This document shows positions 47,596 through 55,436 of a stretch of 64,000 bases of DNA, piece by piece; the first letter of the stretch is position 1; every line of letters starts with the position of its first letter. Position numbers and translations under genes: made by a program. The stretch is from Gracilibacter sp. (GTDB lineage Bacteria > Bacillota > Desulfitobacteriia > Desulfitobacteriales > Syntrophobotulaceae). The DNA lies in contig JAGXFZ010000088.1 of the NCBI GenBank assembly GCA_024637055.1, positions 6,828-70,827 on the forward strand, in the 5' to 3' direction. The notes beneath the pieces are model-generated. The model was not told where the DNA came from, did no database searches, and was given only the letters and a program-made list of their open reading frames with translations.

Positions 47596-48381
47596 TTAGG
47601 CTTGTACTTCATCATCATTCAATATCTGTCTTAAGCGATGTAAAGCTGCCCGCTCGATTCTGGATATTTGCACTTGAGAAAGATTCATCAGCTTTGCGAT
47701 TTGACTTTGAGTTTTATCTTCAAAAAATCGCATCAGCAGTACCTTGCGTTCTCTTTCTGGAAGCTTGTCTAAGACTTCGTTGAGGGCAATCTTTTCAAAC
47801 CAGCCTGCATTACCATCTTTTTCTATAGGAAGCTGATCTAAAATGTAAATAGGATCTGAATCATCCTGATAGAGGGTGTCGTGGATTGAGGTAGGACTTT
47901 GTACGGCTTCTAGGGCTGAAATGATATTCTCACTATCTACTCCAATGTCTGTAGCAATCTCTTTGATGGTAGGATCTCTTCCAAGTTCTACAGAGAGTTT
48001 CTCACGGGAACGATTAATTTTATAGACAAGTTCTTTATAGGATCGAGGGACTTTAATAGGATGATCATCACGTAAAAATCTTCTAATCTCTCCAATAATC
48101 ATGGGAACGGCATAGGTCGAAAATTTCACGCCATAAGAAAAATCAAATTTATCGATTGCTTTTATGAGCCCGATAGACCCAATTTGAAAAAGATCTTCCA
48201 ACTCATAACCTCTATGAGCAAAGCGCTGAATGAGATTAAATATAAGTTTGAGATTACAATTGACGAGACGTTCCCGTGCTTCATTATCACCTTTTTGGGC
48301 TTTCCTTAGAAGTTCCATGAGCTCTTCATCAGAAAGCAAAGGGAAACGGGGTAGATTCATGTCTGAAAGTCTTTGAATCAT
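47596..48381 (-). CDS. sigF: RNA polymerase sporulation sigma factor SigF
   Basis: Regions 2 to 4 with YAVPMIIGEIRRFLRD and QSQIAKLMNLSQVQISRIE. Third gene of the spoIIA operon. Confidence 0.95.
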   Translation of the reverse strand: MIQRLSDMNLPRFPLLSDEELMELLRKAQKGDNEARERLVNCNLKLIFNLIQRFAHRGYELEDLFQIGSIGLIKAIDKFDFSYGVKFSTYAVPMIIGEIRRFLRDDHPIKVPRSYKELVYKINRSREKLSVELGRDPTIKEIATDIGVDSENIISALEAVQSPTSIHDTLYQDDSDPIYILDQLPIEKDGNAGWFEKIALNEVLDKLPERERKVLLMRFFEDKTQSQIAKLMNLSQVQISRIERAALHRLRQILNDDEVQA

Positions 48382-48395
48382 TTTAATACCCCCTC

Positions 48396-48833
48396 TTAAT
48401 GAGAGGAAGGATGCTGACGATTAATACGCTTGACCATAGTTACCTTGGTTCCGCTTCCTAGAGAGGACTCCACTTGAAGGTCATCCATAAAAGATTGCAT
48501 GAATATAAATCCAAGCCCCATTCTTTCGGGATCTGTAGAAAAAGAAGCCTGCATTGCTTGTTTGATGTCTTTGATGCCACATCCAGTATCTATAACCTTG
48601 ATAGTCAGATTATCTTCGGATACTTCCAACTCTAAAGAAACCGAATTATCTGGACTGTTATCATATCCATGAATGATGGAATTAGATACGGCTTCGGAAA
48701 CAGCTACTTTGATTTCCTCTAATTCATTAATCGGTAAGTCTAATTGAGCCCCTATTGTAGAGGCAAGCATTCTAGCGACTGTAACGTTTTGGGGCAGACT
48801 GGAAAAAGTTAAGCTTATTCTATTGGCTTTCAT
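48396..48833 (-). CDS. spoIIAB: anti-sigma F factor / serine kinase SpoIIAB
   Basis: HATPase_c motifs (EAVSNSIIHGY, DTGCGI, GLGF). 146 aa from the ATG at 48833, which follows an AAAGGAGA RBS. Confidence 0.9.
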   Translation of the reverse strand: MKANRISLTFSSLPQNVTVARMLASTIGAQLDLPINELEEIKVAVSEAVSNSIIHGYDNSPDNSVSLELEVSEDNLTIKVIDTGCGIKDIKQAMQASFSTDPERMGLGFIFMQSFMDDLQVESSLGSGTKVTMVKRINRQHPSSH

Positions 48834-48864
48834 TAAAGGTTCTCCTTTCCCTAATAAAACATTT

Positions 48865-49182
48865 TTATAGTGCAGTTTCTTCTTGTGAGAATTCAATAAT
48901 TTTCGGGAGACCAGATAATTCCATTATCCTGTAAAGGTTAGGAGGTACATTTGTAAGTTTAATTTGACCTCCTAATGGAAGTAATTTTTTGTATCTTCCT
49001 AGTATTACACCTAGCCCAGAGCTATCAATGAAGTGAAGATCGTCCATATGCAGGACAACTGTTCGGATTCCTTTTTTATCTATATCTATATCGATCATGT
49101 TCTTGAGTTGACTTGCGGTCTTCATATCCAACTCACCATCGACATAAAGATGAAGGGTTTGGCGTTCAAGCCTTTTTTTCAT
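48865..49182 (-). CDS. spoIIAA: anti-anti-sigma factor SpoIIAA (STAS)
   Basis: STAS domain with the phosphorylatable Ser motif FIDSSGLGVILG. Confidence 0.9.
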   Translation of the reverse strand: MKKRLERQTLHLYVDGELDMKTASQLKNMIDIDIDKKGIRTVVLHMDDLHFIDSSGLGVILGRYKKLLPLGGQIKLTNVPPNLYRIMELSGLPKIIEFSQEETAL

Positions 49183-49218
49183 TTATGACACGCTCCTATT
49201 CATAGTTGTTAAAAATAT

Positions 49219-49246
49219 CTTCGACATCACCTAGAATTTTCCTTTA
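49219..49246 (-). promoter_or_regulatory. sigma-H-type promoter with an overlapping 0A box for spoIIAA-AB-sigF
   Basis: The minus strand reads AAAGGAAAA-N11-GTCGAAGAT, one mismatch from the sigma-H consensus. TGTCGAA (complement of 49220-49226) is a perfect 0A box. Confidence 0.5.
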
Positions 49247-49369
49247 TAGGCTTCAAATCAAATATTCGGTTATTTACTCGGCACAACAGTATATAAAAAG
49301 AATAAGAACAAAAAATAGTATCTATAATAGATAAATAGGTTATAAAACAGAAAAAAGAGGTGAAGTAAA

Positions 49370-49849
49370 ATGGTTAAGAAAGATTTGCGTCCTCCGAATT
49401 TAAACATAACTCCAGAAGATTATAAAGAACTGACTACTCAACTCTCTCCTAAACCGACACTACTAAAGAATACACTGCTAGCGTTTTTAATTGGAGGGCT
49501 TATTTGCAGCATTGGCCAAGTATTTGTAAATTTCTATATGATCTATGGAGGATTACCACCGTTATCTGCATCAACAGCCGGTACGGCTAGTCTTATCGTT
49601 ATAGGGGCCGTCCTGACTGGTTTAGGTGTATATGATGATATAGTCAAGGTGGGAGGCGCTGGAGCTATTTTACCAGTTACAGGATTTGCGAACTCCATGG
49701 TATCGCCGGCTATGGAATATAAAAAAGAAGGATATGTATTTGGAGTAGGAGCTAAACTTTTTAGTGTGGCAGGTCCAGTGTTGGTTTATGGAATAAGCTC
49801 ATCCATTGTTGTAGGTTTTATATATTATATAGTTGGCCTTGTAAGATAA
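49370..49849 (+). CDS. spoVAC: stage V sporulation protein AC
   Basis: About 159-aa four-TM protein. The PKPTLLKNTLLAFLIGGLIC motif is typical of SpoVAC. Confidence 0.9.
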   Translation: MVKKDLRPPNLNITPEDYKELTTQLSPKPTLLKNTLLAFLIGGLICSIGQVFVNFYMIYGGLPPLSASTAGTASLIVIGAVLTGLGVYDDIVKVGGAGAILPVTGFANSMVSPAMEYKKEGYVFGVGAKLFSVAGPVLVYGISSSIVVGFIYYIVGLVR

Positions 49850-49874
49850 ATTGTTACTTGATTAAGGAAACGGA

Positions 49875-50891
49875 GTGAAGCACATGGGCTCTAAGAAAGT
49901 AGGCAATCAGACTATTGTTTTTGAGAATGGGCCCTATATCATTTCTGGGCATACCATTGCTGGCCCGATGGAAGGTCAAGGACCTTTAGCAGCCAGTTTT
50001 GATACTATTCTCAAAGATACATCTGATGGAGAAAAGAGCTGGGAGAGAACTGAATCCAAAATGTTAGAAAAAGCTATGAGAGAAGTAGCAAATAAAGCAG
50101 ATATTCCGTTAGATTCGGTTGATTATTTATTAGCTGGTGACTTACTCAATCAGATAATTTCGTCTAACTTTGCGGCCCGTCAGATTGGATTACCTTTCAT
50201 AGGTCTGTATGGGGCATGTTCGAGTATGGCCTTATCTATGGCTATGGGAAGTATGCTCATTGATGGGGGATTCGGATCTAAGGTGATATGTAGCGCCTCA
50301 AGTCATCATGAAACAGCAGAAAGACAATATAGACTTCCAACAGAACAAGGGAACCAAAGACCGATGTATGGTCAATGGACAGTAACAGGTGCAGGCGGTG
50401 TTTTATTATCTGATTCTGGAACTGGACCAAAGGTTACAACGGCTACGATTGGCAGAGTAATAGATTATGGAGAAACAGATGTTAATAATATGGGAGCAGC
50501 GATGGCACCGGCAGTAGCAGATACAATTATTAACCATCTAAATGATCTGCAGAGGCAAGCTGATTATTATGATCTTATAGTAACTGGTGATTTAGGTAGT
50601 GTAGGCCTGCAACTATTGTTGAAAGTATTGGAAAAGAACAATGTTAAAATTCCGAATAATTTCAATGACTGTGGGGTTATGATTTATAATACCGAACAGG
50701 ATACCCATGCAGGAGGTAGTGGTTGCGGATGCTCAGCTATCGTTTTTGCAGGTCATCTTCTAAAAAAAGTATATGCAGGAAATCTAAAAAAAATATTGTT
50801 TATAGGAAGTGGGAGTCTTCATAGTCCAACATCTGCTTTACAGGGAGAAACGATTCCAGCCATTGGACATGCTGTCTCTATAGAAGTGTAA
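49875..50891 (+). CDS. spoVAD: stage V sporulation protein AD
   Basis: Thiolase-like fold, about 338 aa, follows spoVAC. Confidence 0.9.
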   Translation: MKHMGSKKVGNQTIVFENGPYIISGHTIAGPMEGQGPLAASFDTILKDTSDGEKSWERTESKMLEKAMREVANKADIPLDSVDYLLAGDLLNQIISSNFAARQIGLPFIGLYGACSSMALSMAMGSMLIDGGFGSKVICSASSHHETAERQYRLPTEQGNQRPMYGQWTVTGAGGVLLSDSGTGPKVTTATIGRVIDYGETDVNNMGAAMAPAVADTIINHLNDLQRQADYYDLIVTGDLGSVGLQLLLKVLEKNNVKIPNNFNDCGVMIYNTEQDTHAGGSGCGCSAIVFAGHLLKKVYAGNLKKILFIGSGSLHSPTSALQGETIPAIGHAVSIEV

Positions 50892-50905
50892 GGGAGAGTA
50901 GTTAA

Positions 50906-51268
50906 GTGTTTGAAATGATAATACCAGCTTTTATAATAGGTGGGCTAATTTGCGTTATCGGACAACTGATGATGGACCTAACAAAAGCAAATATTACTCC
51001 GGCACATGTATTGGTTACATATGTAACAGGGGGGGTGATACTTGGTGGTCTAGGTCTATATAAGCCTCTTATTGAACTAGGGGGAGCCGGGGCTACAATT
51101 CCTTTGTCAGGTTTTGGCTATGTTTTATCCAAAGGAGTAATTGAAGGAGTTGATGAAAATGGACTTCTGGGGGTGTTCTCCGGTGGTGTCGAGGCAGCAG
51201 CTGTAGGAATAGCTGTTGCAGTACTATCCAGTTATCTAGTCGCAGTAGTATTTAATCCGAAAGGTTGA
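50906..51268 (+). CDS. spoVAE: stage V sporulation protein AE (AEB type)
   Basis: About 117-aa membrane protein paralogous to SpoVAC (IIGGLICVIGQL). Confidence 0.85.
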   Translation: MFEMIIPAFIIGGLICVIGQLMMDLTKANITPAHVLVTYVTGGVILGGLGLYKPLIELGGAGATIPLSGFGYVLSKGVIEGVDENGLLGVFSGGVEAAAVGIAVAVLSSYLVAVVFNPKG

Positions 51269-51273
51269 TTTAG

Positions 51274-52773
51274 ATGTCTTCGACTGCTGAAATGAACGTT
51301 AAAATTTCTAAAAACTATCAAGAAAATATAGACTTTCTGAATACCAAACTAGGTAAAGAAGAGAGCTTTGATATTGTTGTCAGAGAACTAAATATAGGTG
51401 GTAAAAAAGTAGCTATCTATTCGATTAATGGGATGGTAGGAAGACCAGCCTCTAATATGATTATAGAAGAGTTACTAGAGCTTGAGAGAGCTGACCTTGG
51501 GGTAAACGCCATCGATAAGATGGTAAAATCAAAAATTAATGATTTACAGGTTTCGGAAGTAGAATCTATGGATGAAGTACTCTACTTCATTTTATCGGGA
51601 GCCTTGGCTATCATAGTAGAAGGAAGAATTGAATCAATAATTGTTGATGTCAGAAGTTACCCCGGACGTATGCCAGAAGAACCTGATATAGAAAGGGTAA
51701 CTAGGGGCTCTCGTGATGGCTTCACCGAAACATTGATTTTCAATACCATACTCATTCGACGTCGGATACGTGATCCAGGATTAAGAATGAAGCTAATGAA
51801 AGTCGGTAGTCGTTCCAAAACCGATGTTTGCTTAGCCTATATAGAAGATATAACAAATCCGAAAATGGTTGACTACTTTGAAAAAGAAATCAAGAATATT
51901 AGTATAGATGGGATTCCTATGGCAGAAAAAGCTGTTGAGGAATTCATCCTTGGCAGTAAGTTCTGGAATCCATATCCTAGAGTAAGATACACAGAGAGGC
52001 CGGATGTTGCGGCCATCCATCTGCTTGAAGGGAATATCATTCTTTTGGTTGATACTTCTCCGAGTGTTATTATAGCTCCCGTTACTTTTTGGCATCATGT
52101 TCAACATGCTGAAGAATATCGTCAAGAACCAGTAGTTGGGGCTTACTTACGCTGGGTAAGATTTCTCGCCATTCTTGCTTCTATCTTTCTTTTACCTTTA
52201 TGGTTAGCTTCAGCCCTTAATCCACATCTTTTACCTGAGAGTATTCAGTTCATTGGGGTGGCGGAGCCAGCCAAGATTGGACTATTAGCTCAAGTTCTAC
52301 TCGGTGAGATAGCAATCGATATGTTACGGATGGCAGCTATTCATACTCCAGCACCGTTAGCTACCGCTCTTGGTTTGATTGCTGTCTTGATGATAGGAGA
52401 TATAGCAATTCAAGTAGGTATCTTTACACCTGAAGTTATTTTGTACTTAGCTATTGCTGCGGTTGGGACATTTGCCACTCCAAGTTACGAGTTTGCCCAG
52501 GCAAATAAACTAGTAAGAATTTTTCTTGTAATATGTGCAGGCTTATTTAACTTCTGGGGTCTGGGTGTTGGTGTATTACTTCTGTTTTTCCTACTTTGGC
52601 GGACTAACTCTTTTGGGGTACCTTATCTATGGCCGTTGATTCCTTTTGACTATAAAGCTTTGAAAACAATCATTGTCAGAAGTCCGGTGCCTATTGCTAA
52701 TATGAGGCCAAGCATTTTCAAACCTCAAGATAGGATTAGGCAACCCAAAGAAAAGAAGAAATCTGATACTTAG
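51274..52773 (+). CDS. spoVAF: stage V sporulation protein AF (GerA-family)
   Basis: Soluble GerA-type N-terminal domain plus C-terminal TM bundle. Follows spoVAE. Confidence 0.85.
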   Translation: MSSTAEMNVKISKNYQENIDFLNTKLGKEESFDIVVRELNIGGKKVAIYSINGMVGRPASNMIIEELLELERADLGVNAIDKMVKSKINDLQVSEVESMDEVLYFILSGALAIIVEGRIESIIVDVRSYPGRMPEEPDIERVTRGSRDGFTETLIFNTILIRRRIRDPGLRMKLMKVGSRSKTDVCLAYIEDITNPKMVDYFEKEIKNISIDGIPMAEKAVEEFILGSKFWNPYPRVRYTERPDVAAIHLLEGNIILLVDTSPSVIIAPVTFWHHVQHAEEYRQEPVVGAYLRWVRFLAILASIFLLPLWLASALNPHLLPESIQFIGVAEPAKIGLLAQVLLGEIAIDMLRMAAIHTPAPLATALGLIAVLMIGDIAIQVGIFTPEVILYLAIAAVGTFATPSYEFAQANKLVRIFLVICAGLFNFWGLGVGVLLLFFLLWRTNSFGVPYLWPLIPFDYKALKTIIVRSPVPIANMRPSIFKPQDRIRQPKEKKKSDT

Positions 52774-53132
52774 TTATTTTTTTTGAGTGGTCGGACAAAG
52801 ATAAGATCTAGAGAGGCAAGGATGAGAATAGCTATGAGGACTAAATTAGTTTTATCATGATGATTAGCTGAATGATTAACGGCATAAGAGTTTACCACGT
52901 AGGGATTGGGAGGATAAGGTACAAGGTAATTATTGTTTATTGGTTGTGGACGATAGGGAGAAGATACTCTCGTATAGGGATTTAACACAGGTGAGGATAA
53001 TGTATAACAATTGCTATTAGTCGGAACTATAAATCTTGGCTGATAAGGTTTTGCTTGTACATAAGAATGAGAGTATCTTGGAAATAACGAATTGCTCAAC
53101 GTATTATCCTCCTTTTCATGAGTCATCAACAC
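52770..53132 (-). CDS. Pro/Tyr/Asn-rich tail-anchored hypothetical protein
   Basis: Five PY dipeptides (KPYQP, NPYTR, SPYRP, VPYPP, NPYVV) and a C-terminal TM (LVLIAILILASLDLIFV). Its stop overlaps the spoVAF stop. Confidence 0.35.
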   Translation of the reverse strand: MLMTHEKEDNTLSNSLFPRYSHSYVQAKPYQPRFIVPTNSNCYTLSSPVLNPYTRVSSPYRPQPINNNYLVPYPPNPYVVNSYAVNHSANHHDKTNLVLIAILILASLDLIFVRPLKKNN

Positions 53133-53252
53133 TTTGCTGATTCATAATCTATTTTATGATATTATATATATATATTCGGAAAATGATACTAAATATGGAA
53201 ATAAAATGATGGAAGTAGTTTTAGAAAAAAATATTTTATTATTTTATGGCAA

Positions 53253-53561
53253 ATGCCTTTAATTTTAATGAATTTTCTTATAAAATTACTATATGAGGTA
53301 TTTTTTATGATTATTGGAATTGGATTCGGAAGTCCTTTGGTATCTTTGCTTATGTTAATTATCACAGCTTCTATTTCTTATACAATTTTCAGAGCTATAA
53401 AGAAATCTGTTGGTACATCTATTACCGACCATAATTATGAGGAATATAAAGAGAAAAGAAGAGAATATTATTATCAGCAAAGAGATAAGGCCTATAAAAT
53501 GATGGAGGAATATGGTTTATCAGATGAAGAAATAGAAAGAAAAATTGAAGAAGAATTGTAA
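53253..53561 (+). CDS. small membrane protein with a charged C-terminal tail (hypothetical)
   Basis: TM (LVSLLMLIITASISYTIF) then an E/K/Y-rich tail. The start is uncertain (53253 or the ATG at 53307). Confidence 0.3.
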   Translation: MPLILMNFLIKLLYEVFFMIIGIGFGSPLVSLLMLIITASISYTIFRAIKKSVGTSITDHNYEEYKEKRREYYYQQRDKAYKMMEEYGLSDEEIERKIEEEL

Positions 53562-53662
53562 CAAGAGTTATGTCTTTGGTGAAAATTGTCACTACATATC
53601 GAACAAGTCCTATTTAAAATTTAAATTCCTAGAAGTTAAATAGGAGAATAGGGGGCGCCTAA

Positions 53663-54817
53663 GTGGATATTACAAAGATTAGAGAGTATTCTATTCCTTT
53701 AATTTTAGGTGTTATTATAGCCCTTGCTTGGGCTAATATCTTACCAGATGGGTATCATAACTTTTTACATCATGAAATTCTTTTGGGAATTAATTTTCAT
53801 TTTTTTGTTAATGATGTATTTATGGTATTCTTCTTCGCCATCGCAGCTGTAGAGATTACAAAAAGTCTATTACCTGGGGGAGCGTTGAACCCTATTAAAA
53901 AAGCTGTAACTCCCTTGATGGCTACCGCAGGAGGAATTCTAGGACCAGTTGCTGTCTTTTTTATCCTTAACTCTTTGATTGGATCACCTGACTTCATAAG
54001 AGGGTGGGGAATCCCTACAGCTACTGATATAGCCTTAGCGTGGTTGGTAGCTAGGGTTGTGTTTGGTAGTGGCCATAGCGCAGTTTCTTTTTTACTTTTA
54101 CTGGCAATAGCCGACGATGCTGTCGGACTAGCAATCATAGCAATTTTTTACCCTGACCCAACAATGCCTACAGAGCCAACCTGGCTTTTGTTAGTAGTAG
54201 CAGGGATGGCTTTAGCCTTTATACTAAGAAGAATGAAAGTTCAAAGTTATTGGCCTTATATTTTCGGTAGTGGGGCTCTAAGTTGGATAGGGATGCACAA
54301 TGCTCATCTTCATCCAGCCTTAGCCCTGGTCTTTATCGTACCGTTTTTGATTCATCCAGTTACTCAGAATGGAGAACTAACGTCTCATTCATCTTTAGAT
54401 CATTTTGAGCACCAATTTAAACCATTTGTGGATATTGGATTAATTATGTTCGGTATTTCTAATGCCGGCGTCGTTTTTTCAGGAATTTCAAACCTTACAT
54501 GGATAGTATTTGGCGCTCTGTTAATAGGGAAAAGTTTAGGTGTGTTTGCTATGGGGAGTATCTCAAGGCTTATAGGTTTTCCTTTGCCGGATGACATGGG
54601 AAGTAAGGAGCTCTTTTTAGCTGGTGTAATAGCTGCATTAGGGCTAACTGTAGCTTTATTCGTTGCAGGTGTAGCTTATATCGACTTGGGTCTCCAAGGT
54701 GCTGCTAAGATGGGAGCATTGTTCAGTGCGGTCGTCGCTGTTATAGCTATTGTCCTCGGTAAACTTTTCAATGTTAAGAGAATAGAGGAGCGAGAAAAGG
54801 TCCGAGATGTCAGTTAA
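53663..54817 (+). CDS. nhaA: Na+/H+ antiporter NhaA
   Basis: The LLAIADDAVGLAIIAIFY motif (conserved DD pair) and about 12 TM segments. Confidence 0.9.
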   Translation: MDITKIREYSIPLILGVIIALAWANILPDGYHNFLHHEILLGINFHFFVNDVFMVFFFAIAAVEITKSLLPGGALNPIKKAVTPLMATAGGILGPVAVFFILNSLIGSPDFIRGWGIPTATDIALAWLVARVVFGSGHSAVSFLLLLAIADDAVGLAIIAIFYPDPTMPTEPTWLLLVVAGMALAFILRRMKVQSYWPYIFGSGALSWIGMHNAHLHPALALVFIVPFLIHPVTQNGELTSHSSLDHFEHQFKPFVDIGLIMFGISNAGVVFSGISNLTWIVFGALLIGKSLGVFAMGSISRLIGFPLPDDMGSKELFLAGVIAALGLTVALFVAGVAYIDLGLQGAAKMGALFSAVVAVIAIVLGKLFNVKRIEEREKVRDVS

Positions 54818-54854
54818 TAAGGATCAAGAAGTGCAAAAATCATTTTAATTTATC

Positions 54855-54886
54855 AGACAGAACATTCAATAGTTCTGTCTTTTTCT
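54855..54886 (+). terminator. rho-independent terminator after nhaA
   Basis: 9-bp stem agacagaac/gttctgtct followed by TTTTT. Confidence 0.7.
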
Positions 54887-54978
54887 TGCTTATTAATAAA
54901 ATAGGTTTCCAAATTTCCAGATTCTTATTATAATGTACTAGATTAAACAATACGTTTTAAACTAGGAGGATATATAAC

Positions 54979-55320
54979 TTGGAAGACAAACTGAACAAAT
55001 TAAAAGAATATCTACAAATGGAAACAGAAATCTCATTCGAAGAATTCAAACAATACTATGGAGAACTGATCGATTCCTTAAACTCAGATTTTAACGAGAT
55101 GGATCAGGGAGCTTGCCTCCAGGCACGTTTTATTTGTAGTATAGTGAAGGCAAATGGAGAAACTAGAGCCCATCGAAATAAGGCTAATGGCAAAGCGTTT
55201 AAAAAGATGGCTGCTAAATGTAGCTTTTGGATGGAAGCTATAGATCATAGGCTGAAAAAAGAAGGGCTAACACAACCAGCCATAGAAGCGGCGATGGCTG
55301 AATTTAACAATAATATGTAA
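54979..55320 (+). CDS. hypothetical helical protein
   Basis: TTG start 10 nt after a GGAGG RBS. 113 aa with no recognised motifs. Confidence 0.4.
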   Translation: MEDKLNKLKEYLQMETEISFEEFKQYYGELIDSLNSDFNEMDQGACLQARFICSIVKANGETRAHRNKANGKAFKKMAAKCSFWMEAIDHRLKKEGLTQPAIEAAMAEFNNNM

Positions 55321-55334
55321 ATATAACTAAAGAA

Positions 55335-55390
55335 GCAGTAGAAAGTCATTTTAGCCCGGTATTCCGGGCTTACTGTACTTTCTATTACTG
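55335..55390 (+). terminator. two-tier hairpin (possible terminator) after the hypothetical gene
   Basis: Inner stem agcccgg/ccgggct (7 bp). Outer stem gtagaaagt/actttctat. The U-tract is weak. Confidence 0.35.
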
Positions 55391-55436
55391 TTCAGTTATT
55401 ATTAGGGAAGAGATTTAAATAATTTTATGATTCCTG

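Noticed and set aside
49289-49330. Sigma-G promoter for spoVAC (GAATA-N17-CTATAAT)
   Set aside because: The -10 does not match CATnnTA and looks equally like a generic TATAAT. I cannot distinguish the two by eye.
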